DNA of 64,000 bases from an uncultured Alphaproteobacteria bacterium (GTDB taxonomy: Bacteria > Pseudomonadota > Alphaproteobacteria > HIMB59 > GCA-002718135): NCBI GenBank assembly GCA_902539825.1, contig CACBMH010000002.1:8423-72422 (forward strand). Direction: 5' to 3'. This document shows, piece after piece, positions 42,604-52,144 of this stretch (within the stretch, counting starts at the first letter, position 1; each line of letters begins with the position of its first letter). The translations under genes were made by a program, and so were the position numbers. The notes beneath the pieces were generated by a model that searched no databases, had not been told where the DNA came from, and saw nothing but the letters and a program-made list of their open reading frames with translations.

Positions 42604-43785
42604 TTAAAGAGCGCCAACAGTAACGAATTCGCCACCACTAACTTCTAACTCTTTAAACGCACCAGCTGCATCACCAAACGCATTAAATTCTACGTCTGTT
42701 GCGCCTTGGTAATCAATATCTTTACCAGCAGCTAACATTTGTAAGCCGTATGATAATTGACCAGGGTTAATTACAATACCTGGAGCGTTAGATACTTTAG
42801 CAATATTGTTTAAGATTGATTGCTTATCAGCAGATCCACCAGCTTGAATTGCAAGAGCAATTATTGCTGCAGCATCATAAGACTCTCCAACATATGGAGC
42901 ACTTCCATCCATGCCATTTGCAGCTGCTAGTTCACCAAACTTAGCTGAACCTTTTGAAATTGCACCTGGCATAGAGCCAAATGATCCTTCAAGATCAGCA
43001 CCAATATTATCTACAATTGATTGACCAATCATACCATCAGAAAGAACAAAAGTGTCAAATGCACCTGAGTCTAAAGATGCTTCGATCATTCCTTTTCCAC
43101 CGTCATCGATATAACCAATTACTAGTAGTGCGTCTCCACCAGCTGATGCAAGAACACCTACTTCTGATGAATAATCCGCTTTGCCATCTTCGTGTGCAGC
43201 TGATGCTGTAATAGTTCCACCACCACGAGCAAATGAAGCTTCAAATACTTCAGCTAAACCTTTTCCGTAGTCATTGTTAGTATACGTTACAGCTATACTT
43301 TCAATTCCTCTGCTTAAAGCAAGTTTAGCTAATACTTGACCACCTTTTGCATCAGATGGAGCAGTACGCCAAAAAGTTCCATTATCAGGAACTTTACTTA
43401 GACCTGGTGAAGTTGCTGACGGAGATACCATTAAGATACCATTAGGTACTGCAACATTTGCATTAATCGCACCTGTTACACCTGAACAGTCAGCACCCAT
43501 AATAGCAGTTACACCTTGTGCAACTAGATCCTCAGCAGCAGCAGTTGCAGCAGCAGAGTCTACACAAGTTGAGTCAGCTTCTAAGATAGTAATTGATTCA
43601 CCACCTAAAAGATTTCCAGAGTTTGATGCTTCATCGAATGCCATTCTCGCACCATCTCTCATAGCAGGAGTTAAAGATTCAATTGGTCCTGTAAAACCAA
43701 GAATAATTCCTACTTTAATTTCTGCTAATGCAGCAGTCGTTACAGTCGACAAACTTACAATAACAGCTAGAAGTAATTTTTTCAT
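42604..43785 (-). CDS. periplasmic amino-acid binding protein of the LIV (type I PBP) family
   Basis: signal peptide MKKLLLAVIVSLSTVTTAALA, Ala/Gly-rich type I PBP fold; GGAGG 5 nt upstream of the ATG at 43785. Confidence 0.8.
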   Translation of the reverse strand: MKKLLLAVIVSLSTVTTAALAEIKVGIILGFTGPIESLTPAMRDGARMAFDEASNSGNLLGGESITILEADSTCVDSAAATAAAEDLVAQGVTAIMGADCSGVTGAINANVAVPNGILMVSPSATSPGLSKVPDNGTFWRTAPSDAKGGQVLAKLALSRGIESIAVTYTNNDYGKGLAEVFEASFARGGGTITASAAHEDGKADYSSEVGVLASAGGDALLVIGYIDDGGKGMIEASLDSGAFDTFVLSDGMIGQSIVDNIGADLEGSFGSMPGAISKGSAKFGELAAANGMDGSAPYVGESYDAAAIIALAIQAGGSADKQSILNNIAKVSNAPGIVINPGQLSYGLQMLAAGKDIDYQGATDVEFNAFGDAAGAFKELEVSGGEFVTVGAL

Positions 43786-43934
43786 ATTTCCTCCAAAAAA
43801 GTATACTTTTATATATGGTACCTCATATACTAGTTCCAAAAATCAATCATGCAGTTTTTTAATAAAAATACCCAAGATTTTAGCCAAAAACCATAAATTG
43901 ACTTCATTTGCCTCACCGGATAAAGATCAAACGT

Positions 43935-44915
43935 ATGACAATTGGAATTTTAGGCGGAGGAGTTTGGGGGAGTGCACTTGCCCGAGTATTAAGTAATAAT
44001 AAAGTTATAATTTATGCTCGAGATGAAAAAATTGTTAAATCAATAAATGAACATAAAATTAATCCGAAATTAAAATACAGTTCATTTAATGAAAATGTCA
44101 CCGCTACTACCTCTTTAAAAGAAATTAGAAATGTTAAATTTTTATTTATAACTTTACCGGTACAAAATATTAGGGAGGTAATTAAGGATTCATCATTACA
44201 TAATAAAAATCATCATATTGTTATATGTTCTAAAGGCATTGAAATATCGTCATCAAAATTTTTAACAGATGTATTTCAAGAAGTAATGCCGTTTAAATCA
44301 ATTAGTATTTTATCAGGCCCATCTTTTTCAAATGAAGTATCTCAAAGTTTACCAACTGCAGTCACGCTTGCAACAAAAGATAAAAAAGATTTTGAGAATA
44401 TTTCTAAACTTATACCTAACAAAGAGTTCAGAATTTATTATTCAAATGATTTAATCGGAACGCAAATAGGTGGTGCGTTAAAGAATATATATGCAATAGC
44501 TGCAGGTGTTTCAGAAGGATTGAATTTAGGTGAAAATGCTAAAAGTGCACTCATTTCAAGATCTTTTGCAGAAATGACACGATATGCAAAAAAATTTAAA
44601 GCTGATAAAAATACTTTATTTGGTTTATCAGGGCTTGGTGATCTAATTTTAACATGCAGTTCTAAAAATTCTCGCAATACACAGTTTGGTATTAAATTAG
44701 CTTCTTCAAAATATGATAATTTTTTAGATCTTTTAAAATCGCAAGAAGTAACAGAGGGTTATTATACTGTTAAAGCAGTCTATAATATTTCACAAAAAAA
44801 AAATATTGATATGCCAATTATGGAGTCTGTATACAATATACTTTATAAGCAACATGATTTAAAAGAAGAACTAAGTAATTTACTGAGAAGACCAATAACA
44901 GAAGAGAAAATTTAA
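43935..44915 (+). CDS. gpsA: NAD(P)H-dependent glycerol-3-phosphate dehydrogenase
   Basis: ILGGGVWGSALA Rossmann motif, GALKN, GLGDL motifs; 43908 is an alternative start. Confidence 0.85.
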   Translation: MTIGILGGGVWGSALARVLSNNKVIIYARDEKIVKSINEHKINPKLKYSSFNENVTATTSLKEIRNVKFLFITLPVQNIREVIKDSSLHNKNHHIVICSKGIEISSSKFLTDVFQEVMPFKSISILSGPSFSNEVSQSLPTAVTLATKDKKDFENISKLIPNKEFRIYYSNDLIGTQIGGALKNIYAIAAGVSEGLNLGENAKSALISRSFAEMTRYAKKFKADKNTLFGLSGLGDLILTCSSKNSRNTQFGIKLASSKYDNFLDLLKSQEVTEGYYTVKAVYNISQKKNIDMPIMESVYNILYKQHDLKEELSNLLRRPITEEKI

Positions 44916-44919
44916 TTTG

Positions 44920-45864
44920 ATGACAAAGAAAACATTTTATAACTTAGATACAAGCTGGGTCAAAAATACGCAAATTAATTTGAGTGCTGTAGAGCGTCGA
45001 ACATCTACCTTAACTAAAAGAAGAACTGTAAAAAAGGAATTTCAAGTTGCTTGGTTGTTAAAAGCTATTACTTTGATTGATCTTACTACACTAAGTGGCG
45101 ACGACACTTTTGGAAAAGTTGAAAGACTATGCAATAAAGCTCTTAATCCCATCGATGATTATATTCTTGAAGACTTAGGGTTAGTAAAAAATACAGTAAG
45201 AGTAGGAGCTGTATGTGTCTATCACCATCTAATAAAAGATTGTACAAAACTTATTAAAAATAAACTCCCAATTGCTGCTGTTTCTACAGGTTTTCCTGCA
45301 GGTTTATCATCTTATATGACTAGAAAAAAAGAAATTTCTGACTCTATTAAAGATGGTGCTGATGAAATCGATATTGTTATCAATAGAGGATATGTTCTCC
45401 AAAATAACTGGAAAAAATTATACGAAGAGGTTCGTAGTTTTAAAGAAACTGCAGGTAAAACAAAAATAAAAGCTATTCTTGGTGTTGGCGATCTTGAAAC
45501 TCTTCGAAATGTAGCAAAAGCATCTTTGGTTTGTATGATGGCTGGTGCAGATTTTATAAAAACATCAACTGGAAAAGAAAGTGTAAATGCTAACTTAAAT
45601 AATAGTCTTGTTATGTTGAGAATGATTAGAGATTTTCATACAAAAACTGGAAAAAAAATTGGTTTTAAACCTGCAGGTGGAATATCAACGGCCAAATCTG
45701 TTTTAGAATTTTTAATATTAGTAGCAGAAGAACTAGGATTTGAATGGGTAAATTCTAAATTATTGCGAATTGGTGCTTCTAGTTTATTAATTGATATAGA
45801 AAGACAACTCTATCACTACACTAGTGGCAGGTATGCAAACAAAGAGAAACTTGCAATAGGATAA
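44920..45864 (+). CDS. deoC: deoxyribose-phosphate aldolase (long form)
   Basis: DLTTL, DIVIN, FIKTSTGK (Schiff-base Lys) motifs. Confidence 0.8.
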   Translation: MTKKTFYNLDTSWVKNTQINLSAVERRTSTLTKRRTVKKEFQVAWLLKAITLIDLTTLSGDDTFGKVERLCNKALNPIDDYILEDLGLVKNTVRVGAVCVYHHLIKDCTKLIKNKLPIAAVSTGFPAGLSSYMTRKKEISDSIKDGADEIDIVINRGYVLQNNWKKLYEEVRSFKETAGKTKIKAILGVGDLETLRNVAKASLVCMMAGADFIKTSTGKESVNANLNNSLVMLRMIRDFHTKTGKKIGFKPAGGISTAKSVLEFLILVAEELGFEWVNSKLLRIGASSLLIDIERQLYHYTSGRYANKEKLAIG

Positions 45865-45865
45865 T

Positions 45866-48226
45866 ATGGATAAAGTTATTAAAAATTTTCAAAATATAAC
45901 GTATGGACCAGCACCAGAGGATAGCAAGGAAGTTACCAATTGGATTAAAAATTTAAAAAATCCAAATAATATTTTTATAAATGGAAAGTTTGTAAAATCA
46001 TCTAGCTCAAAAAAATTAAATATAATAAATCCTTCCACAAATAAAAAAATTGCGACATTGTCTGTTGCTTCAAAAAAAGATGTAAATGCTGCAGTCAGTG
46101 CTGCCAAAAAAGCTCATATCAAATGGTCAAAACTTTCATCTTTTAATCGATCAAAATATTTATATGCCCTCGCCCGTCTAATACAAAAAAATTCAAGATT
46201 TATTTCTGTTTTAGAGACTATTGATAATGGTAAACCAATACGTGAAACAAGAGATATAGATATTCCACTTGTTGCTAGGCATTTTTATTATCATGCCGGG
46301 TGGGCTGCGAGGAATACAAATAATTCTGATTACTCTATTGGTGTTGTTGGGCAAATTATACCGTGGAACTTTCCATTATTAATGTTAGCGTGGAAAATTG
46401 CTCCTGCAATTGCTCTTGGAAATACAGTAGTCTTAAAGCCTGCAGAATATACTTCTTTGACAGCGCTTTATTTTGCTGAACTTTGTGAAAAAGCTAAAAT
46501 TCCACAAGGTGTAATTAATATTATTACGGGAGATGGTTCTACTGGTGAACATATAACATCACATAAAGATATTAAAAAAATTGCCTTTACTGGATCAACT
46601 GAAGTTGGAAAGAAAATAATTCAAACAAATACTAATCCAGATAAAAAAATGACAATGGAACTTGGAGGCAAATCACCTTTTATTGTTTTTGAAGATGCTG
46701 ATTTAGATAGTGCAGTAGAAGGTGTTGTTGATGCGATTTGGTTTAACCAAGGTCAAGTATGTTGTGCTGGATCAAGACTCTTAGTACAAGAAAGTATTGA
46801 GAAAAAATTTATCCAAAAACTTAAGAAAAGAATGGAAAAACTTCGTGTTGGTGATCCATTAGATAAGTCTATTGATATTGGCGCTATAGTTGCTCCAGTC
46901 CAACTTAAAAAAATTAATTCTCTAGTAAATAAAGCACAAAAGGATGGAAATAAATTATGGCAACCTTCATGGTCATGTCCAACAAATGGTTTATTTTATC
47001 CTCCATCTTTATTTACAAATGTAACACCGTCATCTTTTATTGCTCAAGTAGAAATATTTGGACCAGTTTTAACAACGATGACATTTAGAACACCTAGTGA
47101 AGCCGTATCAATTGCTAATAATACACCATACGGACTTGCTGCAAGTATTTGGTCTGAAAATATTAATTTAGCTTTAGATATTGCTCCAAAAGTAAAAGCT
47201 GGAGTCATTTGGATTAATTCTACAAACTTATTTGATGCTGCTTGTGGTTTTGGCGGATACAAAGAAAGTGGTTTTGGAAGAGAAGGTGGCTCAGAAGGTT
47301 TAAGAGCATATTCAAAATTACCCCTTCCTCTTGTTCAGTCAAAAAGAGGAAAGAAATTATCTAAAGCTCATTCATCTAACTCTATCGATAGAACACCAAA
47401 ATTATACATTGGAGGAAAACAAAAAAGACCTGATAGCGGTTATTCCTTTTCTTCTTACGATGCTCAAAATAATTTTATTTGTGATGTTCCAAATGCAAAT
47501 CGCAAAGATGTAAGAGACACAGTTGAAGTTGCTTCTAAAGCAATTAGCAAATCTTCTACTAACTTTAATAGAGCTCAAATTCTTTATTTCTTAGCTGAAA
47601 ATTTACAAGATCGAAAAACTACCTTTTCTAATTTGCTATCTTCTTTAGTCGGTATCTCTTCAAAAGATGCTGAAAAAGAATTTGATCTATCAATTGAAAG
47701 ATTATTTTATTACGGTGCTATGGCTGATAAGTTTGAAGGCTCTATACATAATCCTCCTATAAGAGGTTTAACACTAGCTGTTAAAGAGCCGATAGGAGTT
47801 GTTGCAAATATTTTAAATGATGATTATCCACTTTTAAGTTTAATAACTACATTAGGATCAAATTTTGCAGCAGGAAATGCTAGTATTATTGTTCCAGGAC
47901 AAAAGACATCTCTTTTAGCAACCGAATTGTATCAACTACTTGAAACTTCTGATGTTCCAGCTGGGTATATTAATATCCTTACAACTAAACAAAATAGTTT
48001 GAATAAAATCTTATCTGAACATGAAAATATTGATGGTATTTGGTTTTTTAGTGAAAATAATAATGAGCGCCTGATGGTTATTCAAAGCACAACATCAAAT
48101 TTAAAAAGAACTTGGTGTCCACAATCAAAAAATCTTGATTGGTCTTCGAAAAAAGAAGATTTCTTAGAAGAGTTTTTATATCAAAGTACACAAGTAAAAA
48201 ATATTTGGATCCCTTACGGAGAGTGA
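45866..48226 (+). CDS. aldehyde dehydrogenase with an additional C-terminal ALDH-like half domain (786 aa)
   Basis: residues ~20-490: complete ALDH (ELGGKSP, QGQVCCAGSR catalytic Cys); residues ~500-786 repeat the N-terminal ALDH pattern (LYIGGK..., VKEPIGVV) without a catalytic Cys motif. Confidence 0.8.
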   Translation: MDKVIKNFQNITYGPAPEDSKEVTNWIKNLKNPNNIFINGKFVKSSSSKKLNIINPSTNKKIATLSVASKKDVNAAVSAAKKAHIKWSKLSSFNRSKYLYALARLIQKNSRFISVLETIDNGKPIRETRDIDIPLVARHFYYHAGWAARNTNNSDYSIGVVGQIIPWNFPLLMLAWKIAPAIALGNTVVLKPAEYTSLTALYFAELCEKAKIPQGVINIITGDGSTGEHITSHKDIKKIAFTGSTEVGKKIIQTNTNPDKKMTMELGGKSPFIVFEDADLDSAVEGVVDAIWFNQGQVCCAGSRLLVQESIEKKFIQKLKKRMEKLRVGDPLDKSIDIGAIVAPVQLKKINSLVNKAQKDGNKLWQPSWSCPTNGLFYPPSLFTNVTPSSFIAQVEIFGPVLTTMTFRTPSEAVSIANNTPYGLAASIWSENINLALDIAPKVKAGVIWINSTNLFDAACGFGGYKESGFGREGGSEGLRAYSKLPLPLVQSKRGKKLSKAHSSNSIDRTPKLYIGGKQKRPDSGYSFSSYDAQNNFICDVPNANRKDVRDTVEVASKAISKSSTNFNRAQILYFLAENLQDRKTTFSNLLSSLVGISSKDAEKEFDLSIERLFYYGAMADKFEGSIHNPPIRGLTLAVKEPIGVVANILNDDYPLLSLITTLGSNFAAGNASIIVPGQKTSLLATELYQLLETSDVPAGYINILTTKQNSLNKILSEHENIDGIWFFSENNNERLMVIQSTTSNLKRTWCPQSKNLDWSSKKEDFLEEFLYQSTQVKNIWIPYGE

Positions 48227-48238
48227 TATACTAAAAAT

Positions 48239-48697
48239 ATGTTAATTAACGTCGACCCTATTTTAAGTCCTGATATATTAAAAACATTACGTGAAATGGG
48301 TCATGGTGATAGACTCGTTATATCTGATATTAATTATCCCGCTCATTCGAACCACAATAGAGTTCACCGATTAGATGGACTTGATATGACAACTGTCATG
48401 AGAGCTGTTTTATCTGTTTTTCCATTGGATAGTTTCGTAGACTCAGCCGTTCACCGAATGGAAGTTGATAATCAACCAGATGAAATTAATGATGCTAATA
48501 AAGAAGTAATTGATGCAATTAAGGAAGTGTCAGGAGATCATTGGAAAATTGGTTCATACGAAAGACAAGAATTTTATAAGCAATCAAGATCAACCTATGC
48601 CTATATTACAACAAGTGAAAGACGACCTTACTGTAATTTTATTTTAACAAAAGGTGTTATTAAACCAGATGGTACAGTTTGGATAATCGATAAATAA
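48239..48697 (+). CDS. RbsD/FucU-family sugar mutarotase/pyranase
   Basis: MGHGDRLVISDINYPA motif and length match RbsD/FucU. Confidence 0.75.
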   Translation: MLINVDPILSPDILKTLREMGHGDRLVISDINYPAHSNHNRVHRLDGLDMTTVMRAVLSVFPLDSFVDSAVHRMEVDNQPDEINDANKEVIDAIKEVSGDHWKIGSYERQEFYKQSRSTYAYITTSERRPYCNFILTKGVIKPDGTVWIIDK

Positions 48698-48699
48698 TT

Positions 48700-49614
48700 A
48701 TGTCGATTAGTATTCTTGGTATTTTTGTTGCTGATCTCGTTTTTTTTGGAGAAAAAATTCCCGTTGAGGGAGAAACTATTCTTGGTAAAAATTTTGTTAT
48801 TGGTCCTGGTGGCAAAGGATCAAACCAAGCTGTAGCTGCATCTAAGGCTGGTGCAAAAACTTTTTTTATTTCAAAGATTGGTGATGATCAATTTGGCTCT
48901 ATGGCAACAGAGATTTATGAAAATTCTGGTGTTGATTATAGCAATGTTATTATTTCAAAAGATCATTCAACCGGTTCAGCTGGCATACTTGTTAATGAAG
49001 GAACAGGAGCTAATGCTATTAATGTTTTTCCTGGGGCAGCAGGTGCAATCACTATTGAAGATATAGATAAAGCAGAAGAGGCAATTAAAAACTCAATTAT
49101 ATTTCTTACACAACTAGAGGCACCAAAGGATGTTATTACCTATGCATTAAAAAAAGCACATAGTTTAAATGTAAAAACAATTTTAAATCCTGCGCCAGCA
49201 GCTGAAATAGACGAATCTTTATTTTCAATGATTGATTATTTTACACCAAATGAAACAGAAGCGAGTTTTTATGTTGATCACAATGTTGAAACTCATGAGG
49301 ATGCTGAAAAAGCTGCAATTCAATTATTAGAAAAGGGAATTAAAAATGTCGTTATTACTCTTGGAGATAAAGGAGCTTTTTTTGCGAACAATGAAGAAAA
49401 ATTTTCTTTACCTGTAGCTAATCTTTCAAATCCAGTAGTCGACACAACAGGTGCTGGCGATGCTTTCAATGCAGGTTTTGCTGCAGCACTTATTGAGGGT
49501 CAAAATATTAAAGATGCTCTAAAATTTGCTAGTGCTACTGCTGGCTTATCAACGACTAAAATTGGTACGGCAAATTCTATGCCTTCTCGAGAGGAAATTG
49601 ATAAACTTCTATAA
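48700..49614 (+). CDS. rbsK: ribokinase-family sugar kinase (ribokinase or deoxyribokinase)
   Basis: GPGGKGSNQAVAA and DTTGAGDAFNAGF PfkB signatures. Confidence 0.8.
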   Translation: MSISILGIFVADLVFFGEKIPVEGETILGKNFVIGPGGKGSNQAVAASKAGAKTFFISKIGDDQFGSMATEIYENSGVDYSNVIISKDHSTGSAGILVNEGTGANAINVFPGAAGAITIEDIDKAEEAIKNSIIFLTQLEAPKDVITYALKKAHSLNVKTILNPAPAAEIDESLFSMIDYFTPNETEASFYVDHNVETHEDAEKAAIQLLEKGIKNVVITLGDKGAFFANNEEKFSLPVANLSNPVVDTTGAGDAFNAGFAAALIEGQNIKDALKFASATAGLSTTKIGTANSMPSREEIDKLL

Positions 49615-49635
49615 TTATTATATAATAGAAGGATT

Positions 49636-49815
49636 ATGCAATTATTCTTAGAAAGACTGATCTATTTTTGGGCTGGGATTACAGCTATTGGTCTTTTAAT
49701 AGCCGTAGCTTACTGGGCAATCGCAACTATAATTTACGTTGCCTTTATCTCTCTTTTTGTTGCTATCGCAGCTACTCTTTTCTATCATTTTTATTGGTCC
49801 AAAAGAGATAATTAA
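49636..49815 (+). CDS. putative small two-TM membrane protein (59 aa; below the ORF-track cutoff)
   Basis: ATG-to-TAA ORF, hydrophobic LIYFWAGITAIGLLIAVAYWAIATIIYVAFISLFVAIAATLFY; fills an otherwise 230-bp gap. Confidence 0.4.
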   Translation: MQLFLERLIYFWAGITAIGLLIAVAYWAIATIIYVAFISLFVAIAATLFYHFYWSKRDN

Positions 49816-49847
49816 TAGTCTATAAATACCACTAAGGTTATTTATCA

Positions 49848-51359
49848 GTGTCAAAATATATATTTTACGATTTGGAAACGTCAGGAAGAGGTAAGAAAGA
49901 ATATCCAACTGCTTTTGGTACTACTCCAAAATGGGAGCAGATAATGCAAATTGCAGCAATAGTTACTGACTCCAAGTTTAATCAAACAAATCAAAATATG
50001 AATGAGTTCTGCAGACCTCGAACATCAGTGATTTCTCAACCTGGTGCATTAATAACAACACTTAAAGGTATGAGAGAGGCACTTGATGCCCCACAGTCAT
50101 CTTACGAATTAATGAAAAAAATTAATAAAACTTTTGATGAATGGAAAAAAGATGATCCAAGTTCTACTTTTATAGGACACAACATAATAGAGTTTGATGA
50201 ATCAGTTCTCGAATACAATTTGTTTAGTCATATGTTTTATCCGTATGTAACAAGAAAGAGTAGGGGAGATACATTAAATTTAGCGAGAGGTTTATATGCC
50301 ATCAACCCATCAAGCATAAAAACACCTTTAACAGAAAGAGGTAATCCTAGTTTTAAATTAGAAAAAATTGCAGAGATGAACAACTTGCCTGTTGAATTTG
50401 CTCACGATGCATTTTCAGATGTTAAGACATCAATTGCTCTAACTAAATATATTAACGAAGCAGACACAACTAATTGGAATCAACTTCAAATGACAATGAG
50501 TAAAGAAGATGCCATTGAATATATAAATAAAAATAAAGGTTTTTGTTTTATGACAAGTTTTGGAGGAAGAATTAAACTTCAAGCATTGTCGATGGTATGT
50601 GAGTCACAATATAATGGTTGGTTTCATACAATTGATTTAGCTCATGATCCGACACCATTACTAGAAGCTAATTCTGAAGAATTTAAAAAACTTATCAAAA
50701 GGAAAAATAGATACGTTATTACTAATCAGCATCCTATTATTCTGCCAGGTAAGATTGCTTCTAATTATGAACCTTACGATGAGATTGGTTCAGATATTCT
50801 TAATGAAAGAGCAAAAATAGTTTTTAAAAATAAAGATTTAGCAGACAAGTTTAAACTTATGGAAATTGACAGGCGTATTGAAAAAGAAGATGAAAAATCA
50901 CAAGATAATGTATTTCCTGAAAGTGCAGCAAATGCTTTTCTTGATTTTAAACAGTCAAGCGAAATAGCTAAATTTCATGAACAAAATGATTGGAATGAAA
51001 AATATAAAATTGCTCTTTCGATTAAAGAGCCAAGAGCAAACTTTATTTTAAAAAGACTTATATTTGATGAAAGCCCAAAAACTCTATCAAAAGAAGATTT
51101 TAAAATGGTTCACCGAGAGTTACATGAAAGGTTAGTTATTAATCAAGAAAGACCTTTTACAACGATACCGGAAGCAATGTCTCAAACTGATACGGAATTA
51201 GTTAAAATAGAAGACAGTAATGATGAACATAAAGCTCAAAAAATGCAAATTTTAAAAGATTACAATGTTTATTTGAATTTTATGGATAAATATTTTTCTA
51301 ATAAAAATGCTGAACCTCTTCCAAGTGGCAAGGAGCTGAGCAAAATAATCTTTGGTTAA
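49848..51359 (+). CDS. sbcB: exodeoxyribonuclease I (GTG start)
   Basis: DEDDh exonuclease motifs YDLETSG, GHNIIEFDE, HDAFSDV plus ExoI C-terminal domains. Confidence 0.8.
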   Translation: MSKYIFYDLETSGRGKKEYPTAFGTTPKWEQIMQIAAIVTDSKFNQTNQNMNEFCRPRTSVISQPGALITTLKGMREALDAPQSSYELMKKINKTFDEWKKDDPSSTFIGHNIIEFDESVLEYNLFSHMFYPYVTRKSRGDTLNLARGLYAINPSSIKTPLTERGNPSFKLEKIAEMNNLPVEFAHDAFSDVKTSIALTKYINEADTTNWNQLQMTMSKEDAIEYINKNKGFCFMTSFGGRIKLQALSMVCESQYNGWFHTIDLAHDPTPLLEANSEEFKKLIKRKNRYVITNQHPIILPGKIASNYEPYDEIGSDILNERAKIVFKNKDLADKFKLMEIDRRIEKEDEKSQDNVFPESAANAFLDFKQSSEIAKFHEQNDWNEKYKIALSIKEPRANFILKRLIFDESPKTLSKEDFKMVHRELHERLVINQERPFTTIPEAMSQTDTELVKIEDSNDEHKAQKMQILKDYNVYLNFMDKYFSNKNAEPLPSGKELSKIIFG

Positions 51360-52144
51360 TGTTTGAACTTCAATATTTTATCATTGGCATTGTCCAAGGC
51401 TTTACTGAATTTTTGCCAATTAGTTCCTCTGGGCATTTAGTTCTCGTATCAGAATTAACAAGTTGGCAGGATCAAGGTCTCTTTACTGATGTTGCCGTTC
51501 ATGTTGGAACATTATTGGCAGTCATAATTTATCTCAGATCACATATAATAGCACTAGCTAAAAATTTTTTTTCTTTTCAGGTTAATAAAAATGATAATTT
51601 AATTAAAATTATTATTGCAACTATACCTGCGGTTATAGTTGGATTCTTTATTTTTGATTTTGTTCAATTTTATTTTCGAGATATTAAAGTTGTTGCAGTC
51701 ACAAGCGTCGTTTTTGCTGCTCTATTATTTGTAGCAGATCATTTTAAAATGAAAATATCTTCCTGGGAGAATATGAGTTATGCTCAAGCCTTTATCATAG
51801 GTATGGTTCAAGTTTTAGCTTTTATACCTGGGGCAAGTAGAGCAGGTGTTACAATTACTGGGGCACGTTTTTTAGGATTTGATAGATCATCTGCAGCAAT
51901 TTTTTCTATGCTTTTATCTATTCCTATTATTTTAGCATCCTTAGTTTTAACAAGTTTCAATTTAATGGGCAGTGATGAGTTAAATATAAATTTATACAAA
52001 TCTTTATTTGCAGCATTTGTTGCTTGTATTACTGCTCTAGTATCAATAAACATCATGATGCGAATAATACAAAATTCAACCTTTAATATTTTTATTATTT
52101 ATAGAGTTTTATTAGGATTTATCTTATTATATTTCTATGCATAA
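51359..52144 (+). CDS. uppP: undecaprenyl-diphosphate phosphatase
   Basis: FLPISSSGH and PGASRAG motifs. Confidence 0.9.
   Translation: MFELQYFIIGIVQGFTEFLPISSSGHLVLVSELTSWQDQGLFTDVAVHVGTLLAVIIYLRSHIIALAKNFFSFQVNKNDNLIKIIIATIPAVIVGFFIFDFVQFYFRDIKVVAVTSVVFAALLFVADHFKMKISSWENMSYAQAFIIGMVQVLAFIPGASRAGVTITGARFLGFDRSSAAIFSMLLSIPIILASLVLTSFNLMGSDELNINLYKSLFAAFVACITALVSINIMMRIIQNSTFNIFIIYRVLLGFILLYFYA

Noticed and set aside
42981-43211. Plus-strand 76-aa ORF inside the binding-protein gene. Same-strand alternative-frame ORFs at 47331-47513 and 48851-49066, and plus-strand ORFs at 53212-53490 and 53823-54056, belong to the same class.
   Set aside because: They are embedded in, or antisense to, confidently identified genes. 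Their Gln/His/Leu-rich translations are typical of out-of-frame reading.
43801-43830. GTATA...GGTACC...TATAC imperfect palindrome upstream of the binding-protein gene, considered as an operator.
   Set aside because: It is short and AT-rich, with a poor symmetry match, so it is easily produced by chance here. There is no second copy to support it.
43786-43839. An 18-codon N-terminal extension of the binding protein (MELVYEVPYIKVYFFGGN...).
   Set aside because: The internal ATG at 43785 is preceded by GGAGG and begins a canonical signal peptide. The extension would bury that signal.
49696-49908. Minus-strand 70-aa ORF between rbsK and sbcB.
   Set aside because: It overlaps the sbcB start and is antisense to a more protein-like two-TM plus-strand ORF (49636-49815).
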